Of a DNA stretch of 64,000 nucleotides, positions 28,669 to 37,944 are shown in pieces. Position numbers and translations under genes: made by a program. Origin of the DNA: an uncultured Alphaproteobacteria bacterium (GTDB lineage: Bacteria; Pseudomonadota; Alphaproteobacteria; Rhizobiales; Xanthobacteraceae); contig CAVUXO010000025.1 in NCBI GenBank assembly GCA_963745515.1, positions 30,381 through 94,380 of the forward strand, given 5' to 3'. The first letter of the stretch is position 1. Every line of letters starts with the position of its first letter. The notes below the pieces were generated by a model, which was not told where the DNA came from, ran no database searches, and worked only from the letters and a program-made list of their open reading frames with translations.

Positions 28669-30609
28669 CTATCTGAAGACGCGATTGCGGTGGCACCATC
28701 GGATGAACACGTAAATCGACCAAACACGCGACCAATACATGCCCGGTGCTCCGTCGAGGAAGGCGCGCCAGAGCCGCTCGACTGCAGTTGGATCAAGGCC
28801 GACCGGAGCAATCGCCTGCGGGTCGCGCAGGGTCTGGTCCATGGCGTTTCTCAGGCCGCGCCTGATCCAGCGATCGAACGGCAGCACGAATCCGCTCTTA
28901 GGCCGCTCGAACAGCGCTGGATCAAGCCCGCGCAGGCCGATACGCCGCAGCACGTCCTTTCGCCCAAGCGGCTGGTAGCGCGCCTGATCCGGCAGGCGAT
29001 CAACGCTTTCGAACAGGACCTGGTCCACCAGCGGCACGCGCTGCTCAAGCGATGACGCCATGCTGGCGACGTCGTTGTCGCGCAGCAGCCGCTCACCCAG
29101 GAACATTCGCTGCTCCATCACGCTGATGGCAGAGAGTGGGGTGCGGCCACGCGTTTCGGCGGTCAGCCGTTGGCGCATCGCGAGCGGCAGCCCATCGGCA
29201 AGCGGGCCGGCAAAGTCCGCCGCCATCAGCTCATGCTGAAATCCGGGAAGAAATAGCGAATAGGCGAGCTGATACAGCGCCAGCAGATTGTCGCCGTGGC
29301 GGACCATGTCGGGGAGCTTGGCCCAGCGGGTTTGCGGCGGCACCGCCCCGCCGGAGCGTCGCAGCGGCCAAGTCGCCAGCGTGGCTGCGGCGACCTGTAG
29401 GTCGCGCGGCACAAAGGCGGCGCGCCGGGACCACCGCTGCAATACCGGGAGGTCGCGATAAGACGTGTAGCCCCCGAACAGCTCGTCGCCGCCGGTGCCC
29501 GACAGCGCTACAGTGAAGCCGGCGCTGCGAATGGCCCGCGACATGTAGTAGGCGTTGAGCCCGTCCACAGTCGGCTGGTCCAGGCTGTCGAGCGCCGTCT
29601 CCAGGTTTTCGACGAAATGTCCCTCGGTCAGCACCACCTCGTGATGCTCGGTCCCGATCGCGGCGGCGATCTGCTTGGCGATCGGGCCCTCGTTGAGCTC
29701 CTGCTCCTCGAAGGCGAGGGTGAAGGTGTGGATCGGGGTCTTGGCGGCCCGCTGAGCCAGGTTTGCCATGACCGACGAGTCGATGCCGCCCGACAGGAAC
29801 ACGGCCAGTGGCACGTCGCTCGCCAGATGGAGCCTTAGCCCCTCTTCGAGGATGGCGGCGAGGCCTTCCTCGTCCATGGTCGGCGCTGGGGCATGCTCGG
29901 GGATTTGCCAGAAGTCCTCCCGGCGCACCTCCTTGCCATTGCCGTCAAGCTCCACCAGCTCTCCCGGCCAGAGCAGATCGATGCCTTTGACCGCGCTTCC
30001 TGGGCCGACCACGAAGCCATTCCACACACTGCTCGCCACCGCCTCCGGATCGAGGCGAGGGGTGTTGATGAGCCCCGAGGCCAGCAGCGCACGCAGCTCC
30101 GACGCGAAGGCGATCGACCAGCCCGCGTCAGGGTTGGGCGATCGCGCCACGTACAAGGGCTTGATGCCAAGCGGATCCCTAGCCAGCAACAGTCGGCGCT
30201 GCTTCGGGTCCCAGCAGGCGAACGCGAACATGCCGCGCAGCCAGCTCACTGCGGCAGGCCCATGCAAGCCGAGCGCACGCAACATGACGGCCGTGTCGCC
30301 GGAGGATTGGAATTCCTGTCCCTCGGCAAGGAGGCGTTGCCGCAGGTCGGCAAAATTGTAGATCTCGCCGTTGAAAACCACGACGTGCCCGGTCACCGGA
30401 TCGATCATGGGTTGGGCACCGGCAGGCGAGAGGTCGAGGATGGATAGCCGGCGATGCGCCAGGAGCGCACCCCAGCCGCGGCTGTCCGCTTCGGACTCCC
30501 ACGTTCCGCCCGCGTCCGGGCCGCGATGGAGCATGGCATCGTTCATCCGCGCCAGCGCAGTGCGGTTGGGCTCGTCCAGCCGTCCGATGATCCCGGCGAT
30601 GCCACACAT
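28669..30609 (-). CDS. Asparagine synthetase B-type glutamine amidotransferase (EPS/exosortase-locus-associated type)
   Basis: N-terminal nucleophile MCGIAGI, HRGPD and NGEIYN (GATase-2). PP-loop VFLSGGIDSS in the synthetase domain. 646 aa. Confidence 0.9.
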   Translation of the reverse strand: MCGIAGIIGRLDEPNRTALARMNDAMLHRGPDAGGTWESEADSRGWGALLAHRRLSILDLSPAGAQPMIDPVTGHVVVFNGEIYNFADLRQRLLAEGQEFQSSGDTAVMLRALGLHGPAAVSWLRGMFAFACWDPKQRRLLLARDPLGIKPLYVARSPNPDAGWSIAFASELRALLASGLINTPRLDPEAVASSVWNGFVVGPGSAVKGIDLLWPGELVELDGNGKEVRREDFWQIPEHAPAPTMDEEGLAAILEEGLRLHLASDVPLAVFLSGGIDSSVMANLAQRAAKTPIHTFTLAFEEQELNEGPIAKQIAAAIGTEHHEVVLTEGHFVENLETALDSLDQPTVDGLNAYYMSRAIRSAGFTVALSGTGGDELFGGYTSYRDLPVLQRWSRRAAFVPRDLQVAAATLATWPLRRSGGAVPPQTRWAKLPDMVRHGDNLLALYQLAYSLFLPGFQHELMAADFAGPLADGLPLAMRQRLTAETRGRTPLSAISVMEQRMFLGERLLRDNDVASMASSLEQRVPLVDQVLFESVDRLPDQARYQPLGRKDVLRRIGLRGLDPALFERPKSGFVLPFDRWIRRGLRNAMDQTLRDPQAIAPVGLDPTAVERLWRAFLDGAPGMYWSRVWSIYVFIRWCHRNRVFR

Positions 30610-30714
30610 CGACTACACCTCGAGAGACACTGACCGCTCAGGTCGCGCGTTGCCGAACTTGACCAGCAGTCACAGCGCGGCCCCGGCGCGGCATGAGTGG
30701 AATGGGCGTTCCCA

Positions 30715-30879
30715 CTAGTGCTCCGTTTCCGAAGTTCGCCTGACACTGCAGCACGCTCAATGCGAACTTCGGAAACAAAGGAGCACTAGCGACTTTATGA
30801 TTCTAGTGCGGCTTTGAATTTGAAGTTCCTGAACGAGCCTGCGGCAACTGCTGCAGGAACTTCAAATTCGCCGCACTAG
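30715..30879. repeat. Double-palindrome intergenic element, copy 2 (same A-B architecture and orientation as 26670-26837)
   Basis: Hairpin A' 30715-30789: ctagtgctcc-gtttccgaagttcgc / gcgaacttcggaaac-aaa-ggagcactag. Hairpin B' 30803-30879: ctagtgcggc-ttt-gaatttgaagttcctg / caggaacttcaaattc-gccgcactag. Located between divergent asnB-like and GT4 genes, so it is not simply a terminator. Confidence 0.85.
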
Positions 30880-31099
30880 TCCAGCAAATTCTACGCCGTC
30901 GTGCCTTCCATGTGCTGGCCAGCTCCCGTTAAGCTTATCCTCTGTGCCATCGCTCGTTCACAATTGTCATTCACGATGCCGGCATTCTTTCACGCCCCGC
31001 ATAGGGCCAATACTTGACATAGTGCGCTGTGGCCGCCGAGAACCGCAAGGATCTGTGCGCCGAGCCGACCCGGCGACAAACTCAACCAGATCCGGATCG

Positions 31100-32341
31100 A
31101 TGAGCCCAGAGCGCCTCAGTATCCTTAACGTCTCCCAGATGCCGGCGAGCCCTCCGCGCTGTGGCGCCCAGGCTCGGATGCACGGGCTGATGACCCAGTT
31201 GGCGCGACGCCACGAGTTGACGGCGGTTACGCTGGTCGACAACGAATTCGACTTGGAGGAGTGCCGCGAGGCCATGCAGGCCTATTGCCGTGAGGTGGTG
31301 CTGGTCCGCAACCCCCACGGCGAAAAAGGCCTTAGCAAGCGGCTGCTGCAGCTCCGGTCCCTGGCCTCAATGCGGACCTTCGAGAGGCTGCGGGTCACGG
31401 TCCAGGCATTTCAGCAGGCATTGGATCGGGTGATGCGTGCCAAGCGGTTTGACGTCGTTAACCTTGAATTCCCATACCTTGGCCACTGCAACCTTCGGCA
31501 GGCGCCGCCGGGCGAAAAGCTGCCGGTCCTGGTCGTGGACTCGCACGAGATTGCCCATGATTTGGTCCGGCAGTTCGCCCGTTCTGGCGATAGCATGGGC
31601 CGTCGCCTGTATGCCGAAGCCAACTGGCGCAAGCTGCGGAGGGAGGAACTGGGGATCTACCGTAAGGCGGACGGGGTCTATCTATGCAGTGCGCTGGACG
31701 AGCAGCGACTGCTTGATCAAGTGCCTGGCGCGTGCACGGCTGTCATCCCCAACGCAGCGGACGTCGAGTTCTACCAGCCAATGCCCACGGACCCGCCGCC
31801 CGATGGCCGCACCGTGGTCTACTTCGGGCTCCTCTCCACCGCCCCGAATATCGACGGTGTGATCCACTTCGTTCAGAACATCTGGCCCCGCATCGTCGAG
31901 ACGCATCCCGAGGCGCGCTGCAAGATCATCGGCGGCCGGCCCCCGCCCTCACTGCTCGCGCTGGCTGGGCCCAGTGTCGAGCTGACTGGCTTCGTGCCGG
32001 ACCTGCGGCCACACTTGGCGGCGGCCGCGGCTGTGGTGGTGCCGCTGCGGCAGGGCGGCGGCACTCGTCTCAAGATCGTGGAGGCCATGGCGATGGGGAA
32101 GGCCATTGTCTCGACCACGCTTGGCGCCGAAGGCATTGAGGCTGTTCCTGGGCGTGACCTTCTGATCGAGGATGATCCGCGGGCCTTCGCGGATGCGGTG
32201 AACCGCCTGCTGGCCGAGCCCGATCTCGCAACGAGCATTGGCCAGTCGGGGAGGAAGCTCGCGGTAGAGCGCTATGCCTGGAGCGCGGCGGCTCAGGCGC
32301 TCGAGGATTTTTATCGCCGGAATCTGGAGATCGGCTCGTGA
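31100..32341 (+). CDS. Glycosyltransferase family 4 (GT-B, group 1)
   Basis: C-terminal GT1 block VVVPLRQGGGTRLKIVEAMAMGKAIVSTTLGAEGI (E-x7-E region). The ATG at 31100 gives a typical N-terminus (LSILNVSQMP...); the upstream part of ORF 30944 overlaps the palindromic repeat region. Confidence 0.85.
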   Translation: MSPERLSILNVSQMPASPPRCGAQARMHGLMTQLARRHELTAVTLVDNEFDLEECREAMQAYCREVVLVRNPHGEKGLSKRLLQLRSLASMRTFERLRVTVQAFQQALDRVMRAKRFDVVNLEFPYLGHCNLRQAPPGEKLPVLVVDSHEIAHDLVRQFARSGDSMGRRLYAEANWRKLRREELGIYRKADGVYLCSALDEQRLLDQVPGACTAVIPNAADVEFYQPMPTDPPPDGRTVVYFGLLSTAPNIDGVIHFVQNIWPRIVETHPEARCKIIGGRPPPSLLALAGPSVELTGFVPDLRPHLAAAAAVVVPLRQGGGTRLKIVEAMAMGKAIVSTTLGAEGIEAVPGRDLLIEDDPRAFADAVNRLLAEPDLATSIGQSGRKLAVERYAWSAAAQALEDFYRRNLEIGS

Positions 32342-33375
32342 AGGCAGCTCTGATCGGAGCCGGACAGATCGCCCGCCAGCACCTCAGCTGCCTGAAGGCT
32401 TTGCCCGGTGTGGAGCTCGCCGCAGTCTGCGACCTGTCGCCAGCGACGGCGGAGGCCGCGGCGGAGCGGTATGGCGCTCGGAGCTGGTTCACCGATCATC
32501 GAGCCATGCTGGAGAAGGCCAGGCCCGATGTGGTCCACATCACCACGCCACCGACCTCTCACTTCGCGTTGGCCATGGACTCGTTCGATGCCGGCAGCCA
32601 CGTGATCGTGGAGAAGCCCGCCACCTCGACCTTTGAGGAGCTGGAGAGGTTGGTCCGGCGCGCCCAAGAGGGCGGGCGCCACCTCATCGAAGACCACAAT
32701 TACGTCTTCAACCATGCTCCTCAGGAGATACTGCGACGCATCGGCGCGGGCGAGTTTGGAGCAGTGACACACGTCGAGGTGCTCATTTGTCTCGACATTC
32801 TCGGACCCAATGGATTCGCCGATCCCAATTCGCCGCACCCGGCGCTCGCGCTGGCTGGCGGCGCCATCGCCGACTTCCTCCCTCATTTGGCGTCGCTGGC
32901 GCGCGCTTTCGTAGGTCCACATCGGTCCGCTCAGACAGTCTGGACCAAGCGCAAGCCGTCGCCTCTGCCGTTCGACGAATTCCGCGCCTTGGTGGACGCT
33001 GAGCGTGGCACAGCGGCGCTCGGCTTCAGTGCCAGCTCTCAGCCGGACGCTTTTTGGCTGCGGGTCTATGGAGAGCGGATGCAGGCCAGCGCCAACCTGT
33101 TCGAAACGCGGCTCACCTTCGATGGTCCCCGCAACGTACCCAAGCCACTGCGCCCCTTCTTCAGCGGGTTGGAGGAGGGCAAGACCATCCGCCGCGCGGC
33201 GCTCAAAACGCTGCTCGGTAAGTTCAAAGGCCCCGGGGCGTACCAGGGTCTGTGGGAGCTCCTGGCTCGCACGTACCAGGCGCTGGCCGACGGGTCGCCC
33301 CCGCCGGTTACTGAGAGCCACGTGCTTGAGGTGAACCGGATGGTCGAAGCCCTCAAGCCAAGGCAGCAGTCATGA
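32338..33375 (+). CDS. Gfo/Idh/MocA family NAD(P)-dependent oxidoreductase (sugar/nucleotide-sugar dehydrogenase)
   Basis: Rossmann N-terminus MKAALIGAGQIARQHL, DVVHITTPPTSH, EKP motif VIVEKPAT. The start overlaps the upstream stop (GTGA). Confidence 0.85.
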   Translation: MKAALIGAGQIARQHLSCLKALPGVELAAVCDLSPATAEAAAERYGARSWFTDHRAMLEKARPDVVHITTPPTSHFALAMDSFDAGSHVIVEKPATSTFEELERLVRRAQEGGRHLIEDHNYVFNHAPQEILRRIGAGEFGAVTHVEVLICLDILGPNGFADPNSPHPALALAGGAIADFLPHLASLARAFVGPHRSAQTVWTKRKPSPLPFDEFRALVDAERGTAALGFSASSQPDAFWLRVYGERMQASANLFETRLTFDGPRNVPKPLRPFFSGLEEGKTIRRAALKTLLGKFKGPGAYQGLWELLARTYQALADGSPPPVTESHVLEVNRMVEALKPRQQS

Positions 33376-34367
33376 AAGCCCTCGTTACCGGCGCCAATGG
33401 ATTTCTCGGTCGCCATGTGGTCGGTGCGCTGCTCGCCCGGGGCGTTGAAGTCCGTGCGTTGGTTCGCCCTGCCGGGCGATTGGAAGAGCTCGGCTGGCCC
33501 TCTTCGGTTGAAGTCTTCCGGGCCGACCTGCGTACCTCGCGCGAGCTGCGGGGCGCATTCGAGGGCGTTGACGTGCTGGTTCATTTGGCGGCGGTGGTCT
33601 CAGGCGGGGAGGACGTGCAATTTGCGGGGACCGTGGCCGGTACCGAGCGCCTGCTGGAAGCGATGGCAGCCAGTGCCTGCCGCCGCCTCATTCTGTGCGG
33701 CACCTTCTCGGTCTACGATTTCAGCTCAACCCGTCAAATCCTCGATGAGAGCTCACCGCGGCACCAAGTGCCAGACCTGTATAGCCGCGACGGCTACACA
33801 ATTGCGAAGTGGTGGCAGGAGCGCGTGAGCCGGCGATTTGCCGAGCGGCACGGCTGGGACCTCACCGTGCTCCGGCCCGGCTTCATCTGGGGACGCGATC
33901 ACGCTTTCCTTTCCGCCCTGGGCCTGCAGTTCGGACGGCACTATTTGGTCATCGGCCCAATGACGCGCATGCCGATGACTCACGTGGAGAACTGCGCTGA
34001 CGTCTTCGCGCTGGCGGCGCTCGATCCCCGCGCCCGGGGGCAGACGTTGAACGTGGTTGACGACCATGGTGAGCGCATCTGGAGATATCTGGCCGACTAC
34101 ATGCGTGGCGTTGGCCAGTCGGGCTGGCGCCTGCCGATCCCCTACTGGCTCGCGATCTCGGTGGTGCGATTGGCCTATGCCACGGTCTTCAGGCGCGCCA
34201 CCAAGGTGCCCCTCATCCTCATCCCGCGCGCAATGGAATCCCGGCTAAAGCCGCTCAGGTTCGAGAACCAGAAGCTGCGGACGACGCTGGGCTGGACCCC
34301 GCCGCTCAATTACGAGCAGTGCCTGGCACGGACCTATGGTCCTATGGTGGCATCGCGCACAGCCTAG
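33372..34367 (+). CDS. NAD-dependent epimerase/dehydratase family (extended SDR)
   Basis: MKALVTGANGFLGRHVV (GxxGxxG) and the catalytic Y-x3-K in YTIAKWW. ATGA overlap with the upstream gene. Confidence 0.85.
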   Translation: MKALVTGANGFLGRHVVGALLARGVEVRALVRPAGRLEELGWPSSVEVFRADLRTSRELRGAFEGVDVLVHLAAVVSGGEDVQFAGTVAGTERLLEAMAASACRRLILCGTFSVYDFSSTRQILDESSPRHQVPDLYSRDGYTIAKWWQERVSRRFAERHGWDLTVLRPGFIWGRDHAFLSALGLQFGRHYLVIGPMTRMPMTHVENCADVFALAALDPRARGQTLNVVDDHGERIWRYLADYMRGVGQSGWRLPIPYWLAISVVRLAYATVFRRATKVPLILIPRAMESRLKPLRFENQKLRTTLGWTPPLNYEQCLARTYGPMVASRTA

Positions 34368-34454
34368 CGCTGAGGCAAGGGTCGGTTGAGCAAACGACAG
34401 AGCTGTAGTTGAGCGAACAGCGGCAGTCGGAAAGCATGTAAGGGCAAGATGCCT

Positions 34455-35462
34455 TCAATTGCCCCCTACGGTCGGATGACTGGCATGCCAAATGTGAGCC
34501 CGTTCAGCGTCGACTTGCGACGTGGCGGCATGTTTGCCCATGCGCAGGCAGGCGCGCTGATAGGAGCGGAGAAAGCGCCTGAACTCGAGGTCGTCGTAGC
34601 GTGGCAGGCCCCTGAGCCAGCTCCTGAAATAGCCCCACAGCATGGCGACGCTACCGACCAACACCGGATGCGCTGGTAGCCGGTATGCAGATACTACGAA
34701 CCAGTAGAGGGGCGACGTGCCCATGAAGTACTGCCCGAATCCGGCCCGCAGACGTCCGGTCCAGATGCCCTTCTGGCTCGCGCCTTGCGGGCGCAAGTGA
34801 ACGAAGCGGAGAGGCTCAAGATCGACGCTCTCGGCAATCCAGCCGAGCATGCGGGCCCGGTGGCAGTCGATGCCGTCCCACATGACCTGGCGCACGAAGC
34901 CACCGATCTCCTTGAAGCAGGTGACGCGGTAGAACTTCGTCATGCCCACTGACATCTCGTCGCCGCTGCCCTCAGGCACCAGCGTGCCGCGCTGTGGGTC
35001 GAAGAACCACGGCTTGCCTGACACGGTGCCCAGCCGCGGATTCGCTTTCATCATTCCGAGGAGGATCTCGAAATAGCGGGGCGGGAGGTCGAGGTCGAGG
35101 TCGAGCTTACACAGAAAAGGAAAGTCATCGAGGTTGATCGTGTCCAGACCGGCGTAAAACGCTTCGACAACGCCCGGTCCGACGCTTCGCTGACCGCGGT
35201 CGACGCGCCGCACAACCTTGAGGTAGGGCAGCTTGCTGGCGTACTCGTCGAGAATGGCCGGCGTCGCATCGGTCGAGCCATCGTCCACGACAATCCACAG
35301 GGCAGGGGGAACTGTCTGCGCTGCGACGCTGTCGAGCGTCCTGCGCATGTGCTCCGACTCGTCGCGGCAAGGCGACACCAATACGTAGCGCAGCTCCGAG
35401 GGACTGGGATCAGGGGGCACTGATCGCGTGCTTGCGCTGGTTTGTGCGGCGTAGTGGATCAT
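34455..35462 (-). CDS. Glycosyltransferase family 2
   Basis: GT-A N-terminal block VLVSPCRDESEHMRRTLDSVAAQTVPPALWIVVDDGSTDAT; DLD acidic motif (CKLDLDLDL). Confidence 0.85.
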   Translation of the reverse strand: MIHYAAQTSASTRSVPPDPSPSELRYVLVSPCRDESEHMRRTLDSVAAQTVPPALWIVVDDGSTDATPAILDEYASKLPYLKVVRRVDRGQRSVGPGVVEAFYAGLDTINLDDFPFLCKLDLDLDLPPRYFEILLGMMKANPRLGTVSGKPWFFDPQRGTLVPEGSGDEMSVGMTKFYRVTCFKEIGGFVRQVMWDGIDCHRARMLGWIAESVDLEPLRFVHLRPQGASQKGIWTGRLRAGFGQYFMGTSPLYWFVVSAYRLPAHPVLVGSVAMLWGYFRSWLRGLPRYDDLEFRRFLRSYQRACLRMGKHAATSQVDAERAHIWHASHPTVGGN

Positions 35463-35507
35463 ATGGTCTTGCCGAATACGATCAGGTGCTGCCTTCAGTG
35501 GGCCTTG

Positions 35508-36692
35508 TCAGCCAGCGGACAGTTCATGAGGAAGCCCACGAGTTGGGCCGTTCAGCGCTGCTTTCTTGGAGAGCAGTGCATCGATGAAGAACTTGGTGGC
35601 CCAGTTTGGATATTGCAGCGGAGCATAGCGGCCATAGATGGGGAGCGAACCCTTGATGCCGCCGTAGTAGGGCGCCGCGGTCGACGTCACGTCCTGTGTC
35701 ATGGCAACGTCATCGAGCAGATTGAGCCCTGCGTTGAGATAACGCTTGTCACCTTCGAGGCCATAGAGCCTGAAGAACACAATCGCCAGCTGCGCATATC
35801 CCGTCAGGCATCGATGGCTGGAGAGAAATTCCCAGTTTTCGCCAATCTCTGACGCCAGATGGTGCTTGGCATCGTAGACCGCAACGATGCGCTCGGCGGC
35901 GCGGCGAACGGCTTCGAGGTAGGATTCGCGCCCGGAGATGCAGTGGATCTCGATCAGTCCTTGCAACACGTAGGCGATGCCATGAGTATTGGCATTCCAG
36001 CCCGGCTGAAAGATGTTGTTGCGGAAGAATCCGTTGCCGGCCTGCTGCGCCACCGTCCAGTCGGCATTGGCAAGCGCGACGTTCTCAAACGTCTTCTCGC
36101 CGAGCAGCCTGCCCAAGGTCAGCAGGGCCCAGGCGCTTCGCACGTTGTAGGCGTGCGCCATGTCGTAATGCTCGTTGCGCACGAACGATCCGGTTTCGTC
36201 GGCCGATGAAACGAGGAAATCGCCCGCCCGCCGTGCGTGGGGAACGAGATCTTGCCGTCCCCGTCGCAAAATCAGTGCGTTGAATCCGTGAAGGATCTGG
36301 CCGGTGTTGAAGACGACCGGCTTGGTGTCCTGCCGGAGGTCATGCTCAATGAAACCGCCACTCGGCTCTTGTATTTCCGCAAGCCATTCGCCTAACCGCT
36401 CCGCGCTCGAGGCCAAGCTGGGCCGGTTAAGGTGCTCGGCCAGATCGAGCAGCGTCGGGATGATGTAGCCTGTCGTCTCTCGATACGGAGGCATCCACCC
36501 CTTGCCAACCTTATATCCCTTCGAGGACGCGCGCCCGTTGCCCTGCTCGATGGATCGCGTGATGAACGTGACCGCCGCATCGAGGTGAACTTTATCATCC
36601 GTCAGTCGGTCTGACGTCTTCTGGGTTGGGAACGTAACGCGGAAGAAGTCGCGAACGCTCTCGACGGCAAAATGAGCCAGCATCAGCTTCAA
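35508..36692 (-). CDS. Hypothetical (alpha/alpha)6-toroid-like protein (prenyltransferase/squalene-cyclase-repeat-like)
   Basis: 394 aa, soluble. Recurrent helix-pair segments with QEPSGGF and QQAGNGFF motifs resembling QW/terpenoid-cyclase-type repeats. No catalytic assignment is possible by eye. Confidence 0.45.
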   Translation of the reverse strand: MKLMLAHFAVESVRDFFRVTFPTQKTSDRLTDDKVHLDAAVTFITRSIEQGNGRASSKGYKVGKGWMPPYRETTGYIIPTLLDLAEHLNRPSLASSAERLGEWLAEIQEPSGGFIEHDLRQDTKPVVFNTGQILHGFNALILRRGRQDLVPHARRAGDFLVSSADETGSFVRNEHYDMAHAYNVRSAWALLTLGRLLGEKTFENVALANADWTVAQQAGNGFFRNNIFQPGWNANTHGIAYVLQGLIEIHCISGRESYLEAVRRAAERIVAVYDAKHHLASEIGENWEFLSSHRCLTGYAQLAIVFFRLYGLEGDKRYLNAGLNLLDDVAMTQDVTSTAAPYYGGIKGSLPIYGRYAPLQYPNWATKFFIDALLSKKAALNGPTRGLPHELSAG

Positions 36693-36962
36693 TTATCTCC
36701 GCCACTCGCGAGTTACTGACCTGCAAACTGCACAGTGAAAGTCTATACTGCCTATATTACGCTCTGATAATAGTCGACGTTAACTGATTTGTTCAAATTA
36801 GATTAATTAACTGTCGTATCATGCGATAACACGCGCCGAACCCGCCGTCTAAGCCGCTGGTGGAATTTAGATCAGCCAGTTCCCAGCGGCAAATCGGCGG
36901 ACTACAAGTCGCGGTGTGGATGTCCGGGCCGATTGCGCGTCGGCAATGCACGAGGTTGGAAG
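36693..36962. promoter_or_regulatory. AT-rich divergent promoter region between the toroid-protein operon (-) and the ACP/LuxCE operon (+)
   Basis: The most AT-rich stretch seen in the window (e.g. tatactgcctatattacgctctgataatagtcgacgttaactgatttgttcaaattagattaattaact), flanked by divergently oriented genes. Confidence 0.35.
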
Positions 36963-37202
36963 ATGGATCTTGAGGAAAGAGTACTGAAGATTTTCAAGCA
37001 GGAACTTGAGATCAATGGCGACGTGGACACGAGTTCTTTGAGGTATAATGAAACCCCCAACTGGGGGTCATTGGCTCACATATCAATGGTATCGGCGCTC
37101 GAGGGCGAATTCGATATCATGCTTGAGCCAGACGATATTCTTGCGATGAGCAGCTTCGACAAAGCCGTCAGCATCGTTCGAAAAGCTTCCAATGCTGGTT
37201 GA
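36963..37202 (+). CDS. Acyl/peptidyl carrier protein (phosphopantetheine-binding)
   Basis: 79 aa, acidic, four-helix-type pattern. Candidate attachment Ser in NWGSLAHISMVSALE. Its stop overlaps the start of the next gene. Confidence 0.7.
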   Translation: MDLEERVLKIFKQELEINGDVDTSSLRYNETPNWGSLAHISMVSALEGEFDIMLEPDDILAMSSFDKAVSIVRKASNAG

Positions 37203-37944
37203 TCTTTCCGACAGGGTTGCAATCGTTACGGGCTCGGCGCGGGGTATCGGTCTTGCGACCGCCAAACGCCTCGCCCTCGCGGGCGCACACGTCGTGATCA
37301 ATTCGCGGCAGGACGATGCGCACTTGGCTGAGGCGGCTGAGTTGCTCCGGGCCGGCGCAAAGTCACAGATATTGCCGATTGCCGCTGATGTCGGAACGGC
37401 TCAAGGTGCCGCATCGCTTGTCAAAGCCACTTTCGACACGTTTCGCCGGATCGATGTTCTCGTCAACAACGCGGGGATTCTAAAGGAAGCGCCGATTGGA
37501 ATGATCGGAAGCGATGATATCAAGTCGTTGATCGATGCCAACCTGGGCAGCGTGCTCAACATGACCCAGGCGGTCAGCAGGGTGATGGCCCGGCGCAAAG
37601 CGGGTGCTATCGTCAATTTGACATCGATTATGGGGCGTCGCGGACGTGCCGGGCAATTCGTCTATAGCGCGACGAAAGCCGGAGTGATCGGTGCCACTTT
37701 GGCGGCTGCGAAGGAATTGTCCAAGTCGGGAATTCGCGTCAACGCCGTTGCGCCCGGCTATATTGAGACAAGCATGACCCAGCATGTTACGGAGTCCCAA
37801 AAAGCAGCATTGATGAGCAACATCCCCGCGGGACGAGCTGGAACGCCCGATGATGTAGCCGCCGCGATCTGTTTCCTGGTCTCAGATTTTGCGCAGTACA
37901 TCACCGGCCAAGTTCTCGGGGTCGATGGTGGAATGATTGCGTGA
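37192..37944 (+). CDS. SDR family 3-oxoacyl-[ACP] reductase (FabG-like)
   Basis: VAIVTGSARGIGLATA (TGxxxGIG), NNAG, catalytic S...YSATKAG, PGYIET. Confidence 0.9.
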   Translation: MLVDLSDRVAIVTGSARGIGLATAKRLALAGAHVVINSRQDDAHLAEAAELLRAGAKSQILPIAADVGTAQGAASLVKATFDTFRRIDVLVNNAGILKEAPIGMIGSDDIKSLIDANLGSVLNMTQAVSRVMARRKAGAIVNLTSIMGRRGRAGQFVYSATKAGVIGATLAAAKELSKSGIRVNAVAPGYIETSMTQHVTESQKAALMSNIPAGRAGTPDDVAAAICFLVSDFAQYITGQVLGVDGGMIA

